Shown here: piece by piece, positions 47,622 through 60,637 of the stretch
How the letters are laid out: every line of letters starts with the position of its first letter
Numbering within the stretch: the stretch's first letter is position 1
Assembly: GCF_040807025.1 (NCBI RefSeq)
Contig: NC_090942.1
Span: 204,310,640 to 204,374,639, forward strand
Direction: 5' to 3'
Length of the DNA: 64,000 bases
Origin: Struthio camelus
Taxonomy: Eukaryota
Position numbers and translations under genes: made by a program
Notes under the pieces: model-generated
Databases searched by the model: none
The model's input: only the letters and a program-made list of their open reading frames with translations
What the model was told of the DNA's origin: nothing

Positions 47622-50600
47622 CTGAACAAGACATAAACAGATGTCAAACACAGCCCAAGTGACACCAATAGATACTATTACACACATATGATTAGGTTTA
47701 CGCTGCATCAGCCATGATGACGCTTCTCATTAGCTCAACTAGTTTAATCTCACAGCAGTCTGCTCCCACTTGTTTCAAACTAACTACCGTGTTTAATCTT
47801 CTGATTATATCCTCTCTTTTGAGCAAAGAGCAAGATCTACCTACCTCCCTTGAGCCACCTTACAAAACAAAAAGCTCACTGTCTCACTGCCTATAAAGTA
47901 GGCTCCTGAACTACGGCGGGTAATTCATAGCTTGTATTCTATTTAAGCCGAGAAGCAAGAAAGCAAATTAGAGAGCTTAAGTGAAACATCTACCTTTAAA
48001 AATTGGAATTATAAACACTTTTGCATAGTTATTCAGTGCTATTGCATGAAGACCAAGAAACATCCAAAAGCTAGCTAACAGACAACCCTCCAAAAAAAGG
48101 TACTTTTCACTAAGCATCCATATTATTTGTACTGCATGTATCTCCCTTGATTTGGGATCCAAAATGTGGGGGTCCTCTTTTGAAGCTAGTCACCGCGGTA
48201 GATGGGTCAGAAGGGTTCAGAAGTTCAATGTCTCAATTCCTACAGAAGTATTTTAAACCACAAAGCTTTCTGCAAAGCATCAACACTGCAAGGCTGCTGC
48301 AACCTGTACTAGATCCCGTGTCAGATCTAAGTGACCGACCTGGACAAAGCAGACAGATTTGCAGCATCCTACAGCATAATTATCTTTGTGCTCATCTCTG
48401 AACTAGTACTGACCGTGCGCAGAAGACGGCATAAAATATTTGGCACTCAAGGCATTCTGAGCATGTACACAAGACCGTGCTTGGGAGCTTAGGAAACTGA
48501 GGTTAAGATTATTCTTAGGCATCTCCAGTGGTTAAGATGGTGTCCGAGTATGTAAGTCTAAATGACTCCTAAGATTTAAGCTACAGGTATACACAAACTC
48601 TTCCGGCTCACCCCTGCTGGAGGCCACCATCTCCAATGATCTGCTGATTCAGGTAGTCTGTCTTAAGTAAACTAGGAAAAGCATGTATTAACAGCTTCTT
48701 CAATAGATCAGTAGAATCTGATATCTCCAGCACAAGAGACAGTGACAGGAGCTGTGGCAGTTCTGGATCACTGGATCCAGATGGATCCGCAAAAGATGGC
48801 TGAAGTCTGTTTGCATTTAGGCAGTACAAATATGTTTCTTAAAATAATCTCCACCCTACCCCCCACAACAAACCACAAATGCCTGAAAAGGATTTGAAAG
48901 ATTTATCAAAAATGCATTTGTCTGATAACTAACCCTACTAGCAGGAGGGAATGAAAGACTTGTTCCATCATACTTTAAATCACAGTTTCCATAATCCAAA
49001 AAGAGCTAATATTGGACAAAATATGTAGTTTGGCATACTGCTGACAAATACAGTCACAGCACGATCATTCTATCACTCTTATCAATGAACAACTGTTCCA
49101 AGCACTGCACAAATTTTGCCTACAGAATCTGTGGAGGAAATAAGTTACTTCCTCAAATTACGCTCTCCCTTTCATACTCGTGTTTACTCATAATTCAGAA
49201 TCTCAAACAGGTGGAGGGAGAATAAGACAATAGTTCAAAATTCAGTGTATAGGTTACTGACCTACAAATTGGGTTGCACTGGCCACTGACAGCACTGGTA
49301 TTATTAGGTCAAATATTTACCAGTTGTTGAGAAACACTACCAACGTCGAGTTTCTGAAAGTTGCCTGGGAATTCCTGTATTGCAACTTCACATTAAGCGG
49401 TTTTATGGCAAATCAAAGACTGTACCTACATTAGCAAGGAGTGCACAACAATGAGTGGATTTGCACAGCAAACAGCTGGTGTCAAGAAAGACATCCACAC
49501 TATAAGCACCTCGCAGACTAGTTTTATCTGGAAGGAATTCAGTTTACACGTCCTAAGACTGCTCCTACAGATGAGCCAAAACATGCTAACTAGGAAAGAT
49601 CAGGGTATCTGCTTCATAATACATTCCTAATCCCAACTAGAATGCTAACGTATGTGTTCAACTCTCTAACTAATTTCAGTGCCTTCTCTAACAGCTCCTT
49701 AGAAAATGGCTCTCTTCAACATCAGGTCTTAGTCACGCCCAGTTAAATTAAAAAATTGCAACAAGCAACTACCACCACAAACTAAACATTTACCAGAAAG
49801 GAAAACCACTAACCGACTTTGTGTTCAAAAGGTGTTTTCTTCTTGAAGAGTTTCTTCCTCTGTTCATCTTCAGGACGTTCTTTAGGAAGTTCTGTTTGTT
49901 TATTGTTTTAAAAGAAGTTTAATGAATTAGGTTAGTTAATGTATCTATACATATAGGCAAATACAGTAAAGAAATTATGGATTCTGTAAAGGGTACTGAG
50001 GAGGAAAAAAATTTTCATACCTGAAATAGACGCACACTCAGTGAAACATGCATATGGCCAGCCCATGTGCTAATTCCAAGATTAACCAAATTACCATAAA
50101 AAACGTAAGATTCAGGACATGCAAAACTTTTATTACATTCCAGTTTGAAAGAATTTTGTTCTGACAGAAAACATGTTGTGAAGTCCACTGGAATTTTGGA
50201 ATAAGCTATTTTAGACAGCTGTACCTAAGCTCTGAAATTTACATTACGTAAATTTCTTTCTGTGAATGAAATCTGAATTGATCATCAATTCTCCAGGTTA
50301 TCCTTTTATTTTCTCTAAAAACAGGTACTGCGTGAGCTGTTTAGTATGCTAGTACCTCATTTATTCTCAAAAACAGCCACGGATGATTATGAAATTGATT
50401 CAGCTACTTTGAGGCTCATACAACTTGAGAACATCTAACTTCCCCAAAGCATTCTTGAACTTATTCTTCCCCTATTCTGAGCTCATCTGTGGTGCTCAAT
50501 GGCACTGCTGAAAAGTAAGATAATCGGACATCACCAATATTTCTTGTGTTATGGTATGGTGATAAAGCTCAAGTATTTGTCCTCAAGGTGGAGAGGTATA

Positions 50601-51892
50601 AACCAGTACTCTGGTTCCAAAGGGAGAATTTTGGTTATTCATACTAGCGTTTTAGCTTGAAGGTGCAAGGATGTAATTTTATTAAGAACAACACTTTGAA
50701 GTGACTACCACAGAAGTATTTTCCTAGTGATACAAACATATATCTAGAGGTAAAAGCAAGAACACAATTTAATAGCGTACAACGTCCTGAGAAGATTCCT
50801 GAAAAAGAAAAGGAGACACAAAAACGAAACTGGGAATAAGCACTGGATCAACACCAATGCAGGGAGCCCTTATCACTCCTGCTTTGGCATGGTAAAGCTG
50901 ATGAAGGCAACAGACAGTCAATTTCATGTAATTCTACTATTACACCATTAAGAAGAGTTGTCAGAGTGCAGGGAAAACAAAGCTTATGTTTCCATTTCTG
51001 AAACCTTCGAGGAATATGATGAGTTGAACAGATCATTGCTGTTCTGCTGTGGAGGAGCATGCCTTTGTGTATTTCAGAAGAGAATGTTTGAGAAAGGTAA
51101 GCCTCAAAGAAATGATGAAGAGGATATTTTCTTCTCGAGTTTCTCTTTCCAGGTCTAGGTTCAGAGAAAGTCATCTTGGTCACCAGTAACTGTATTTCTG
51201 AACGTGAACCTTTTATCCTCAGTAAGCTTATACCTGGCAATCTTACACTCTGGAATTCAAGCCTAACCCCCAAAAGATTAAGCCCCCAACAGGTAAAACA
51301 ATCTTTTTTGCTCTTTTACCTAGCCTAGAACATGAAGGACCTGCATTCAGCACATATTCAATGCTCCTCCATCTAATAGGGTCCTGTAATTAAATGCCTA
51401 GTTCCTTTCTTCAAGGGTCAAATTTCTCTGCCTGCTGCGTTTGTCCAACTCCAGTAGTGAGGCTAGTGTCAGGGCCCTGAAGTTTAAACTTTTTACAACA
51501 ACAAACATACTCACTGCCCTGTTTCTCCTGACTATTGAAGAGAGCTTGACAACACCAAGTTCTAAGCAAAGTGGTCTGAAAGAAGACACGCTACCATGCC
51601 TGAACAGAAGCAGAAATTAAGGCCAGGCAAGTGATGCAGCATAGTCTAAACACGAAGCAAAGAAACAAAATGGAACTCCAACCACTAATAAGATTGATCA
51701 ATAAAGAAAAATCAAGTTTCAAAAGTGGTCATAAAGTCAGAGCTACGGTCTACCAGCAAAACTTTGTCATTTACTAGTGGCAAATGAAAGGAACTGTGTT
51801 AGGTCCTTGATGCAGACCAAAAGGAAGAACAGGTAATCTGCTGTGCAGGAACTGCCCAGGCAGTCCCCAAACTTGAGCACGTGATATACATA

Positions 51893-51896
51893 TCTC

Positions 51897-51937
<41 letters not shown>

Positions 51938-51938
51938 G
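51893..51938. repeat. (TC)n(TA)n compound microsatellite
   Basis: tctctcactctctctctctctctctctctctctctatatatatatg. Confidence 0.9.
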
Positions 51939-52319
51939 TACTTAGAATGGAATATATGTATATTCCATGTGTAAAAGCACTTGGAGAAACACGTTGGCTT
52001 GCCAACATTGAATTTTGTGAACCATTACCGTTTGTTATTCAACGTCAACAATTCTTTGTATAGTCTTGGTAAAAAAGCTGAAATAGAGTTAGCGGAAAGA
52101 GAGCTGCAGGCAGCATGAATACAAAATAATTTAAAAACTAAGATGTTAAGGTCAGTTGAACAGCAATGGAAGATTAACTAGCTTATGATGCATGCCTCTG
52201 TAAAATTCAGAAGTTGTTTAAAAAAGGAAAGTACAGTATTGGTAGGGAAATCTGGTAATTTCCTAAAAGGCAATTTGAAAATAAAAACAGATTCTAAGAC
52301 TTCAGCTAAATAGAGCCTT

Positions 52320-52760
52320 AGACACCTCCAAAAATGGAGGTTCCACAACATCTCTTGGCAAACTGCGTCAGTGTTAGATCACCCTCAGGGTAAAATTTTT
52401 TTCCTAAGTAATTTTCCATCTTCCAACTTGTGTCTGTTGCCTCTTCTCCTATCAGTGTACCTCCTAGAAAAGTCTGACTCCAACTTCTCTCTATACACCA
52501 AACAGATAGCTGTAGACAGCCATAAAGTTCCCCTTTATGCCTCCTCCTCTTAAGGTTGAGGCCAAGTTCCTTCATCCTTTTCTCACACTTCATGTGCTCC
52601 AGCCCCCAGTCAGCTTAACTGACTCTGCTGGAACGTGCTCCAGTAGACCTGTGACTTTCAGTACTGCAGGGTCCAAAACTGGACACAGCACCCCAATGCA
52701 GTCTCACAGAGCCTAAGATCACTTCCATGGACCTGCTAGCTACACTCTACTAACATAGTC
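52320..52760 (-). mobile_element. CR1 fragment (ORF2 C-terminal region, minus orientation)
   Basis: Minus ORF 52318..52593 reads KELGLNLKRRRHKGELYGCLQL, which corresponds to CR1 ...[16 protein letters not shown]... The plus strand carries ggtccaaaactggacacagcacccc, which is antisense to CR1 ...ctgtgtccagttctgggcc. Confidence 0.6.
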
Positions 52761-53112
52761 CAGAGAAGAACTGAGAAGCTGAAGAACTTACTGTTGTTGC
52801 TAGTTAAGGTAAGATAACGCTAGAAACTCCAGGAAGGATTGTAACAACTAAGATAGTCAGAGAGACTTATCCAAGACGACACAGAAACTTATGATGACAC
52901 CCACTTCAGAAAAGTTGTAAGAAAGTTCTCACTAAGCTAAGCTAAGGGAAGAAAAAAAAAGAAACTACAGAAGTCCAAAGCAAGAGAGAGTGGAATGTAG
53001 GAGTCATGAAAGAGCCTGTACGAGTGCCGAGTTTGACTACAAACATGCTATTGATAAAGGACATGACGACTGACAACTCAATATTGAAAGCATCAGGTGT
53101 TAAGCAACTTAC

Positions 53113-53402
53113 CTTCCTCATCATCTTCAATTATTTCTTCTATTATGACATCAGGGCTCGACAGAGTCTTGGGCAGAACAGGATTATTCTGATGATGTAT
53201 CATAGTAAGCAACTCTTGTACTTGTGTATTTTTCACTTCTTCATGAAGACCAAGTTTTGCAAGAGCCTTTATTTTCCTTTCTCTGTTAAATACTGGAAAG
53301 GTATTGTCTACAGAAAAATGAGTATCACAGCCTGAAATTTCTTCTTTATCAGCAGGCCTAGGAGTGTGTTGTCCACTGTCTTCACTGTATTTGGGAAAAC
53401 AT
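53113..53402 (-). CDS. RNF17: RNF17 exon (KCFPKYSEDSGQHTPRPADKEEISGCDTHFSVDNTFPVFNRERKIKALAKLGLHEEVKNTQVQELLTMIHHQNNPVLPKTLSSPDVIIEEIIEDDEE)
   Basis: Acceptor tcctgtctccaaatag|A and donor GAAG|GTAAGT. The 290-bp open frame has phase exactly right to join exon 47621. SSPDVIIEEIIED is identical to human. Confidence 0.75.
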
Positions 53403-55007
53403 CTATTTGGAGACAGGAATTAATAGAATCAGGTTTGTTTTCAGAGAAGCACACAAGTCAAAGCATTTTTTTTTCCCTTTTAAGAAGAGATCACAATGCT
53501 ATGAAAATACCTCATAAAAACTAGCTAGGACAGCAGAAGTTATTTTAGTAGTTTCAATATTTACTGAAAGAGATTCAATAAAAAAGGGATATTTCTCAAA
53601 AAATTGTCTGATGTTGTTGAATACCAAGACAACAAAATCAGAAAACTACTTCTGAATACTAAACAGGAGAAAAAAAAAAAAGGCGACTCCTGGAACGGAT
53701 CCTTCCCAATTTAACATTGTTCTCTTTTAACTTTTTTTTTTTTTTTTTTAAAAGATACCACTTTATACTATAGACTATGCACTACAGTACTTTGTACTAC
53801 ACTGTACTTTATACTTTACTTTATATTGAAAGAGAGATTTTTTTTTTACAGCGTGCTTTCAAGATTATCAAATTTGGGTTATTCCGAACTGTAATATATG
53901 ACACCGTGGGAGATTCCTGACACCATAAACACAAAAGAGCAGCGCAGGTTATTCAGGCCTTTGTACATAAACAGATTTTCCTTAAAGCACTTTTAACACT
54001 TTTGCCAATGTAATAATAAATCTCAGATAAAGAGAGGGCCACTCGTTCTTTGAGAAATTATGCCTCAATCTAAACAAAAGATTCCAAGAATCATCTGCAA
54101 GCTGCTACAAAACAGTATGCAGAATTTGGTTCATCACCTCTCTCTAGAGGAAATCCTCCTTTTATCCTTGGGCAGAGATGAGTACAAACATGAGCTGCCC
54201 CTGCTTAAATGACCAAATAGCGCCTCTAAGTACAAACAAACTATTTGAAAAACATTAGTAATGTGACAGTCTGTGTTAAAAACAAAGGCATGTTAGATAC
54301 TGTTGTACTGACAGTTACTCTGTACTATAATCCTCAGGATTTCCAAGTATTATCACAGTATGCAACAATCCTTTTATCAGATTACTAGTGATAACAATAG
54401 GCCTCCATTCCCTTTTAAGAGTAATTCCATTCCATTTTATTTTCTCAAGTATTTGCCAAAGACTGCAGGAAAAGTAAAGGGGTCTGATAAAATAAAAGGC
54501 AATTGTAATTTTAAAATACAAGTCAGGGTTTTTTCTGGTTCAGGTTCATCCTAAGTCAGTCCTTTTGACTTTTGCCATAATCAGCATTTAGATTGCGAAG
54601 CAGAAATACTATAAATTTCAGTATTTGCTGCAGATTTTGCAGATGTGTTTACACTTGCACGAAGCACTTTCATATATTGAAATTATAAACATCTCTGTTT
54701 TATCATTAAATGCCAAAGCTAGAATAACATCCATCATTAAAAAAAAGCCTAAGTACATAACTTAAAAGGTGCAGTGAAAATAGTTGGGTGAAACACAAGT
54801 AAAACTGGGACGTTACCACTGAAACACTGATCGGTTTAACTTGAATGCCGACCAAAATGCCAACATCTGAAGTTCTGCTTTGGTTTGTTGTCATACTCTT
54901 AGAAGCATACACAGATTTTTTTTTTAAATTTAATCTCCAATAAATATTTAAGCATCAGAGGACTAGCGAAATTACTGTACCCATCCTCTTTATTTAAAAA
55001 TGCTTAC

Positions 55008-55082
55008 TTTGCTGTTTTTCCCCATTCAATCTTCCCCATATTTTTTAACAAAGATGCAATCTCATCAGTATTCACGAAGAAA
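55008..55082 (-). CDS. RNF17: candidate RNF17 small exon (FFVNTDEIASLLKNMGKIEWGKTA)
   Basis: Acceptor ctctag|T and donor AAA|GTAAGC. Its 3' phase fits exon 53402. Its 5' phase implies at least one further unresolved exon upstream. Confidence 0.35.
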
Positions 55083-56867
55083 CTAGAGAAAAGGTAAGAA
55101 ACGTTATGAAAGTCACTATGATGATCTAAATCACTTTATGAGATATGTATCATTTTTTTAGGACAAAATTCCTGTACTACATGAAAAGGCAAAAAAAAAA
55201 AAAGTTAATTAGCTATTTCATTCCTTCACTTGTGGATGACAAAAGCACTAAAAATTAGCATGTTAACAACCTATTAACAACAGACTTGGTTGTTTATTTA
55301 TCTTCATATCTGTACTTAAAAACTCTCCTAGCTCCCCCCCCCACAGTACTGCAATATTTATTTATCGCGTTCTCATCAATAACCAGTTTAATTCCATCAA
55401 TTTTTCCTCACAGAGAAAAAATCCTTCCAACAATCCTAAAGATCATAATTGAAACCCAAAACATATATATTCTTTTTCTGTTCTGTTTATCGTTACACTA
55501 ATAAACAGCTCTATTTCCTTTCCCAAACAAAGCTAGAAGCATCTTTCAAGTACTTTTACAATAATTAGCCTAGCAGGACAGTAAATATGATTCTATTCAA
55601 TCAAATTGTTAGCTTTGCTGACTGTCTAGTCATCACTAACAATTCATTAAAACTGAACCATATGTAGTACTGAACAGCCCACCTTCTCTGAAGCATTTCT
55701 GCTCTTTTTCCTCAAGAATACACCTATCCCTTCTTCTTTGGTATTTTATGCCTATGGAATCTGTCCGGTTTTTCGCACCTTACCAGTTGTAATTTTTTCA
55801 TCTTCAGTGTTATTTTGGAGCTGCACCAGCATACAAGGTCTATATACTCATCCTTTATCGAGTCTCCTTTATTCCTCTTCTAACAATCTATTTTTCGTTT
55901 TCAGGTCCTTAAAAGGTCTTCCTGTGCAATTATTTTTGACTTTGCATTATGTTTTTTGCTTTCCCTTAGGGTGGGAGATTTTGCCACTGCATTTAATTAA
56001 AAATTTCTCTGAAATTCTCCTTTACCACTCACATTACCTTTAAATGAGGCCCTACCCACCAATTCACAGAGTTTATTAAAGGATGCGGTTAAAAATTCCC
56101 TTACTCTTATTCTGATTCCTCCTTTTACATGTTTCTTGCGCTCAAAGTATGAAAGATTAAGGAGTCAAGTAGTAATCTTTCAGCTTCATTCCTCTGTGTC
56201 AGTCAGAATTCAATGTAATGCAGCCCCTCCTCTCCTGGCATGGCTCCATTTCTTTAAACAAAATGGGTTCCCCAACGTGTTCCAATAACCTAACGGACTA
56301 CACATCACGCTCTTTCAACAGACGTTCAGGCAAGAAACAACCATCCCTAGCACCAGCTCTTGCTCCGTCATAAGCAAACCCGTAACCTGACAGCATCCTT
56401 ATTCTTTCCCTCAAATTATCATTTCTGAGCGTACCCAATACACACTACATGCATACTATATACACTGCAGTCCTCTGACAAGCCCTCCTACCAAACTGCA
56501 GAGCGTCAGCTGAATCACAGCTGTGACACACTTTCCTGCTCATTTCCTAACATTCAGGTACAGAAATTTTATGTTTGCAATTTTCTAAGGAAGGCAAGAC
56601 GGTAAGCGGAGTTTCCAGGAACAACTTCTCAGATACCTGTGCCACAAAAAGCATTTAAGTTGTTTAAGTCTTTGTTGAAGATGAGAAATGGATTTTTTTT
56701 AAAAGGCTTAAGCTGCTACTTCCTCAGTTTATTTCCACTTGGAAGGGAAGGGGAGAAAGTTTAAAAATGTTACGAGTCTGCCAAACATTTTTCAGATGTA
56801 GGTGTATTTCTTTTCAGATAGCAGTAAATGGTATGTAGAACACTGTCTTTCCTCTCTGACTTCTCAC

Positions 56868-56961
56868 ATAAAGGACACTGCTTTTAACAATATGCTTATA
56901 AATACCCGAACTAGTAAAATGTTTTGATGCACTGCAAGTGAAGCAGTTTGATTTGTGCTGT
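56868..56961 (-). CDS. RNF17: RNF17 exon (RQHKSNCFTCSASKHFTSSGIYKHIVKSSVLY)
   Basis: Acceptor gagttag|A and donor TAT|GTGAGA. Coordinates were anchored to ORF 56814..57011. It matches human NPPRLSVNCSEIICMFNNMGKIEFRDSTKCY. Confidence 0.55.
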
Positions 56962-57047
56962 CTAACTCTTAAATGGACAGCTTTTATCATTGAGATAACC
57001 AGCGCATCCATTTACCTTCCCACATACCTCCGGCTCCAGTCATTTAC

Positions 57048-57124
57048 CTTAGAGATGTTTTTTCCTTCAAACTATTCACTCTTGAGAGCTCATCCTCAAC
57101 CGTCAATTTTAGATTACGAATAAT
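57048..57124 (-). CDS. RNF17: RNF17 exon (IIRNLKLTVEDELSRVNSLKEKTSL)
   Basis: Acceptor tttcag|ATT and donor CTAAG|GTAAAT. Phase is continuous on both sides. It matches human IIRTLQLTSDSELAQVSSPQL. Confidence 0.65.
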
Positions 57125-57374
57125 CTGAAATTAAGAAGTGAAGTCTTAGCTCCTTTTATACCAAAAGCAGATTATGCAGCCATCTATTATCTACAATATG
57201 ACAAAATCAGAATATGACATTTTGAACTCCACAGAAAAATAAAAATTTACTCATTTACAGCTGATCATAATTAAGGTCACAGTAAGTCCATTCCTTCTCA
57301 ATATGCCTTCTTACATTGCTTAACACCTAAAACTTGCGGTTTTTGTAAGCATAGCATGTAACTAGAAGTAGAAG

Positions 57375-57725
57375 CTGTTTAGCCTGGAGAAGACTGAGGG
57401 GGCATCTTATCAGTGTGTATAAATATCTTAAGGGAGGGTGTCAAGAAGATGGGGACAGACTCTTCTCTGTGGTGCTCAGTGACAGGATGAGACGCAACAG
57501 GTACAAACTGAAACACAGGAAGTTCCATCTGAACAGGAGGAAAAACTTCTTGACTGTTGACGGTAACAGAGCACTGGAACACGTTGCCCAGAGAGGCTGT
57601 GGAGTCTCCATCCTTGGAGATATTCAAAAACCATCTGGATAGGGTCCTGTGCAACATGCTCTAGGTGACCCTGCTTGAGTAGGGAGGGTCCTTATTCCAA
57701 CCTCAGCAATTCTGTGATTCTATGA
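57375..57725 (+). mobile_element. CR1 3'-terminal fragment
   Basis: ORF 57415..57642 reads YKYLKGGCQEDGDRLFSVV...NRALEHVAQRGCGVSILGDIQ, the CR1 ORF2 C-terminus. It ends in ...caattctgtgattctatga, the CR1 8-bp terminal repeat. Confidence 0.85.
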
Positions 57726-58871
57726 ACTAGAAGCACGAATAGGATTCTGCTTTTGCAGGAACAGCCACTGAGAGGGTAACTTCTACACAAGAGGGTAAGC
57801 TCAACCTGAACCAGGCTATGGGAAGACAGGGTGGGTGGGTGCCAGCTGCTGATGGTCACACTGGGTAATTAAGCAAATTCCAAGGGTGGGGGGGGGGAAG
57901 GAGGAACCAGACTTCGATCCGTGACCAGATGAGGGAGACTAGGTTTCTTCACATGCAAAGTGACAACTGGATTCAGGGAACATGACAGTTTAAAACCAAA
58001 TTGCATGGAAGAATGGCTAGGGACTAGTTATTTATTTTATTTCACAACACAATTACAAAGGCTCCTAATGAAATAATCAGGTAGCAGGTCTAGAAAGAAC
58101 AAAGGGAGCTACTCCCTATATATACCTCATTTTTAATACTAACCTGTGGAACTTGTTGCCACTGTAGTATGTGTATACACACATACAGCACCACCAGTAG
58201 TTTAAGGAGTTCAAGGACATGTTACCCCAGTTTATGACAGAGTGGGTCAATCGCTACTCAACGAAATGGCCCTGACATAACCTCAAATTACAGAATTCCT
58301 GACCTGGACCATGCTCCCTAACTGCCCAGGTTCTGAGCTTCATCCTCCAAGCATCTTTCCCTGCCTGCTGTCAGAGATGGGAGACTTCATTACACGGACT
58401 TATGGTGTGATACAGCACAGCAGGTATTATGTGTTTCTCTGAGCAGCAGATATGATGTGGAGGAGGTACTAAAGACCCGGGACAAGCAGGCTCAGGTGCG
58501 CATGACTACTAAATCTGGAGTAGTTTGATGAGGTTAGAGAACTCTGGAATGGGAAAGACTTGAGAGACTTTCAAAGTCCTAAAATCACTGCCCTTTCGCT
58601 GGCACTGTTTCACTGTATTACATTTTCCCTGTCCTCCCTTTCCATTTGTTGTTTCATAGAGCAAGCTCTTTAGGGGCAAGGATCATCTTTTTGTTACCGG
58701 TCAGTCACCAGGCCCTAATTTGCGACCAAAAATAAATTTAGACCTGGGGGAAAAAAAATATAGAATACTTTACTGCAAAAGTCTCATAAAGAAAGATGGA
58801 TCACTAACTTTCAACAAATATTTGAATGTACGAGTTACAAAAGTTATTTCACAGTGCAAAAACTTAACTAC

Positions 58872-59043
58872 CTGAGCCAGATCACAGTAGGTTCTTACAG
58901 AAGGTGTAATTTTTAATTCCTTTGCAATCCTAACAGCACCAATCAAGCAATTTTTCTTCTCTTCAAGGTACTGTTTAGCCTTTGCAACTTCTGCACTGTA
59001 ACTGTCAATATTCATCAATAATTCTGCATACAATTTCCTTTTC
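58872..59043 (-). CDS. RNF17: RNF17 exon (RKRKLYAELLMNIDSYSAEVAKAKQYLEEKKNCLIGAVRIAKELKITPSVRTYCDLAQ)
   Basis: Acceptor tttttaatgcag|G and donor CAG|GTAGTT. Coordinates were anchored to ORF 58770..59033. It matches human ...KAKSYIEEKKNNLNAAMNIARALQLSPSLRTYCDLNQ. Confidence 0.75.
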
Positions 59044-59882
59044 CTGCATTAAAAACAACATTACTTGTCAGAATGTAATAAACACTCAGCAGTGCAGATT
59101 CAAACTGCAACTGTAAAACACAATTGCCACAGTTCTACCACAACACAAAGTGGATGCATCTCAAACTGAAGTATGGTTTTCCTGATACCGTGGAAACATG
59201 GAAGCTGATATAAAAATCAGGTCAACCAAAAAATTTAACAGAGTTCATAATAAAGAGCCATAGCCTTTGGAGAAACATTTTTTTTGTTTTTTATTACATG
59301 TTTTAAAAAAAAAATCTCTCTTCCAATCCAGCCTCCAGATATTTCCATACACATTAAACTGCAGACCAAAAGGCTGAATTCTGTAATTTAGTCTATTAAG
59401 ATACCAGACCTCCCTTTTAGAGGCTCTTTTGGCATACATAAACATATACATAAATTTGAGGATACAAATATTATTGAAAATGAAGAAATAAAAAGGTTCT
59501 TGGGCTTTTATAAGCCTAAAAAAAACTTTCAGAAAGTTGATTCTGTAAGTTATTCTTGTTCTGAAACTGATCATTCGGTTAATGGTACTATCAATGGTAC
59601 CTTCCGAATCAAGCTATTTCAGGAAACAGACATGAATAAGACTACTTAAAAATTTTTTTTAAGTAACAGAGAAAACACATGCTAGCTTCCTCCAGCCATA
59701 CAAAGTAGCTCCAAGAACTAACACACCATTATGAATGGGCAAAAAAGCTGTACAAAGATTAAAAGACAGGTATTATTAAATACTGCTATAGAAGTCTGCA
59801 TTTCAGCTGAATTGGAAAGAATTTACTGATAAAAATAACTCACTCCCCCTTCCACCACCAACCCTACAAACCAGAACGTTAC

Positions 59883-59983
59883 CTGGACTGGAGAGAAGTA
59901 ATAAGTTCATCAAATATTCTATCTGCAATTTCTGCCACTTTGTCTCCTTCCTGTTTCACTTTCAATTCCAAGTATTTCAGCAC
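59883..59983 (-). CDS. RNF17: RNF17 exon (VLKYLELKVKQEGDKVAEIADRIFDELITSLQS)
   Basis: Acceptor tgaatgtaatag|GTG and donor CCAG|GTAACG. The terminal 2 nt join the next exon's G to give Arg. This is the coiled-coil or B-box-proximal region. Confidence 0.6.
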
Positions 59984-60598
59984 CTATTACATTCAATAGT
60001 GAGTAAACATTCACTTAACTCATTGTTCTCACATGAGTATTTCTGGTTTAATTCAGAACAGAAAAAATTAATCAATGAACTAAAAGAGTGACAAATACTC
60101 CAGTAGAAGAAGTGACAGTAAACCTCAGTGTGGTCGGTCTTGACTAACAAAAAAAACCCCAAACAAAAAGACCCACGATTCCAGGTTTCAACCTTCAGTT
60201 TTCAGAACACCGACTGTCAGTAGAACTACTATTCTTTGCACAATCAGCCCTCACCATGAACTGAATTATAGCAATAGAGAGTAACTATAAAGATACAATA
60301 GGGGAAAAATTATAGCTCACCCATCCTTTTGTTTTCTATAACCTCAAATCAGCTCACACTCTCTGGATCATGTCAACCAAAGTCTTTAGGTCTAACAGGC
60401 AAGAGATGCATCTTTCTGTCTTGGGCTCATGGCCTCACCTTCCTTATTGGACATTCTAACATAGCAGTGTGCATAGGTGATTATCAAGCTAAGATTCCTA
60501 CTGTATTTTAAACTCATTGTGAGCAGTAAGGAAACAAAAGATTTTCCCTCTTGTTAAGCTTCAGTTCTCTGTTGCTAGAGTGACATTTGATAAAGAGA

Positions 60599-60606
<8 letters not shown>

Positions 60607-60635
<29 letters not shown>

Positions 60636-60637
60636 CC
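60607..60637. repeat. A31 homopolymer
   Basis: A run of 31 A, intronic to RNF17. Confidence 0.9.

Noticed and set aside
48611-48800. Candidate RNF17 exon (PSFADPSGSSDPELPQLLSLSLVLEISDSTDLLKKLL...)
   Set aside because: Exons 53113..53402 and 47460..47621 join perfectly in phase and give ...[18 protein letters not shown]..., matching human ...[18 protein letters not shown]. There is no room for this segment. It is low-complexity intronic ORF noise.
57009-57033. ATG followed by a perfect donor (ggaggtATGtgggaag|gtaaat), a possible first coding exon
   Set aside because: It lies mid-gene between two phase-linked internal exons (57048..57124 and 56868..56961). The ATG is preceded by an in-frame TAA and belongs to intron-retained ORF 56814..57011. 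It is not a start site.
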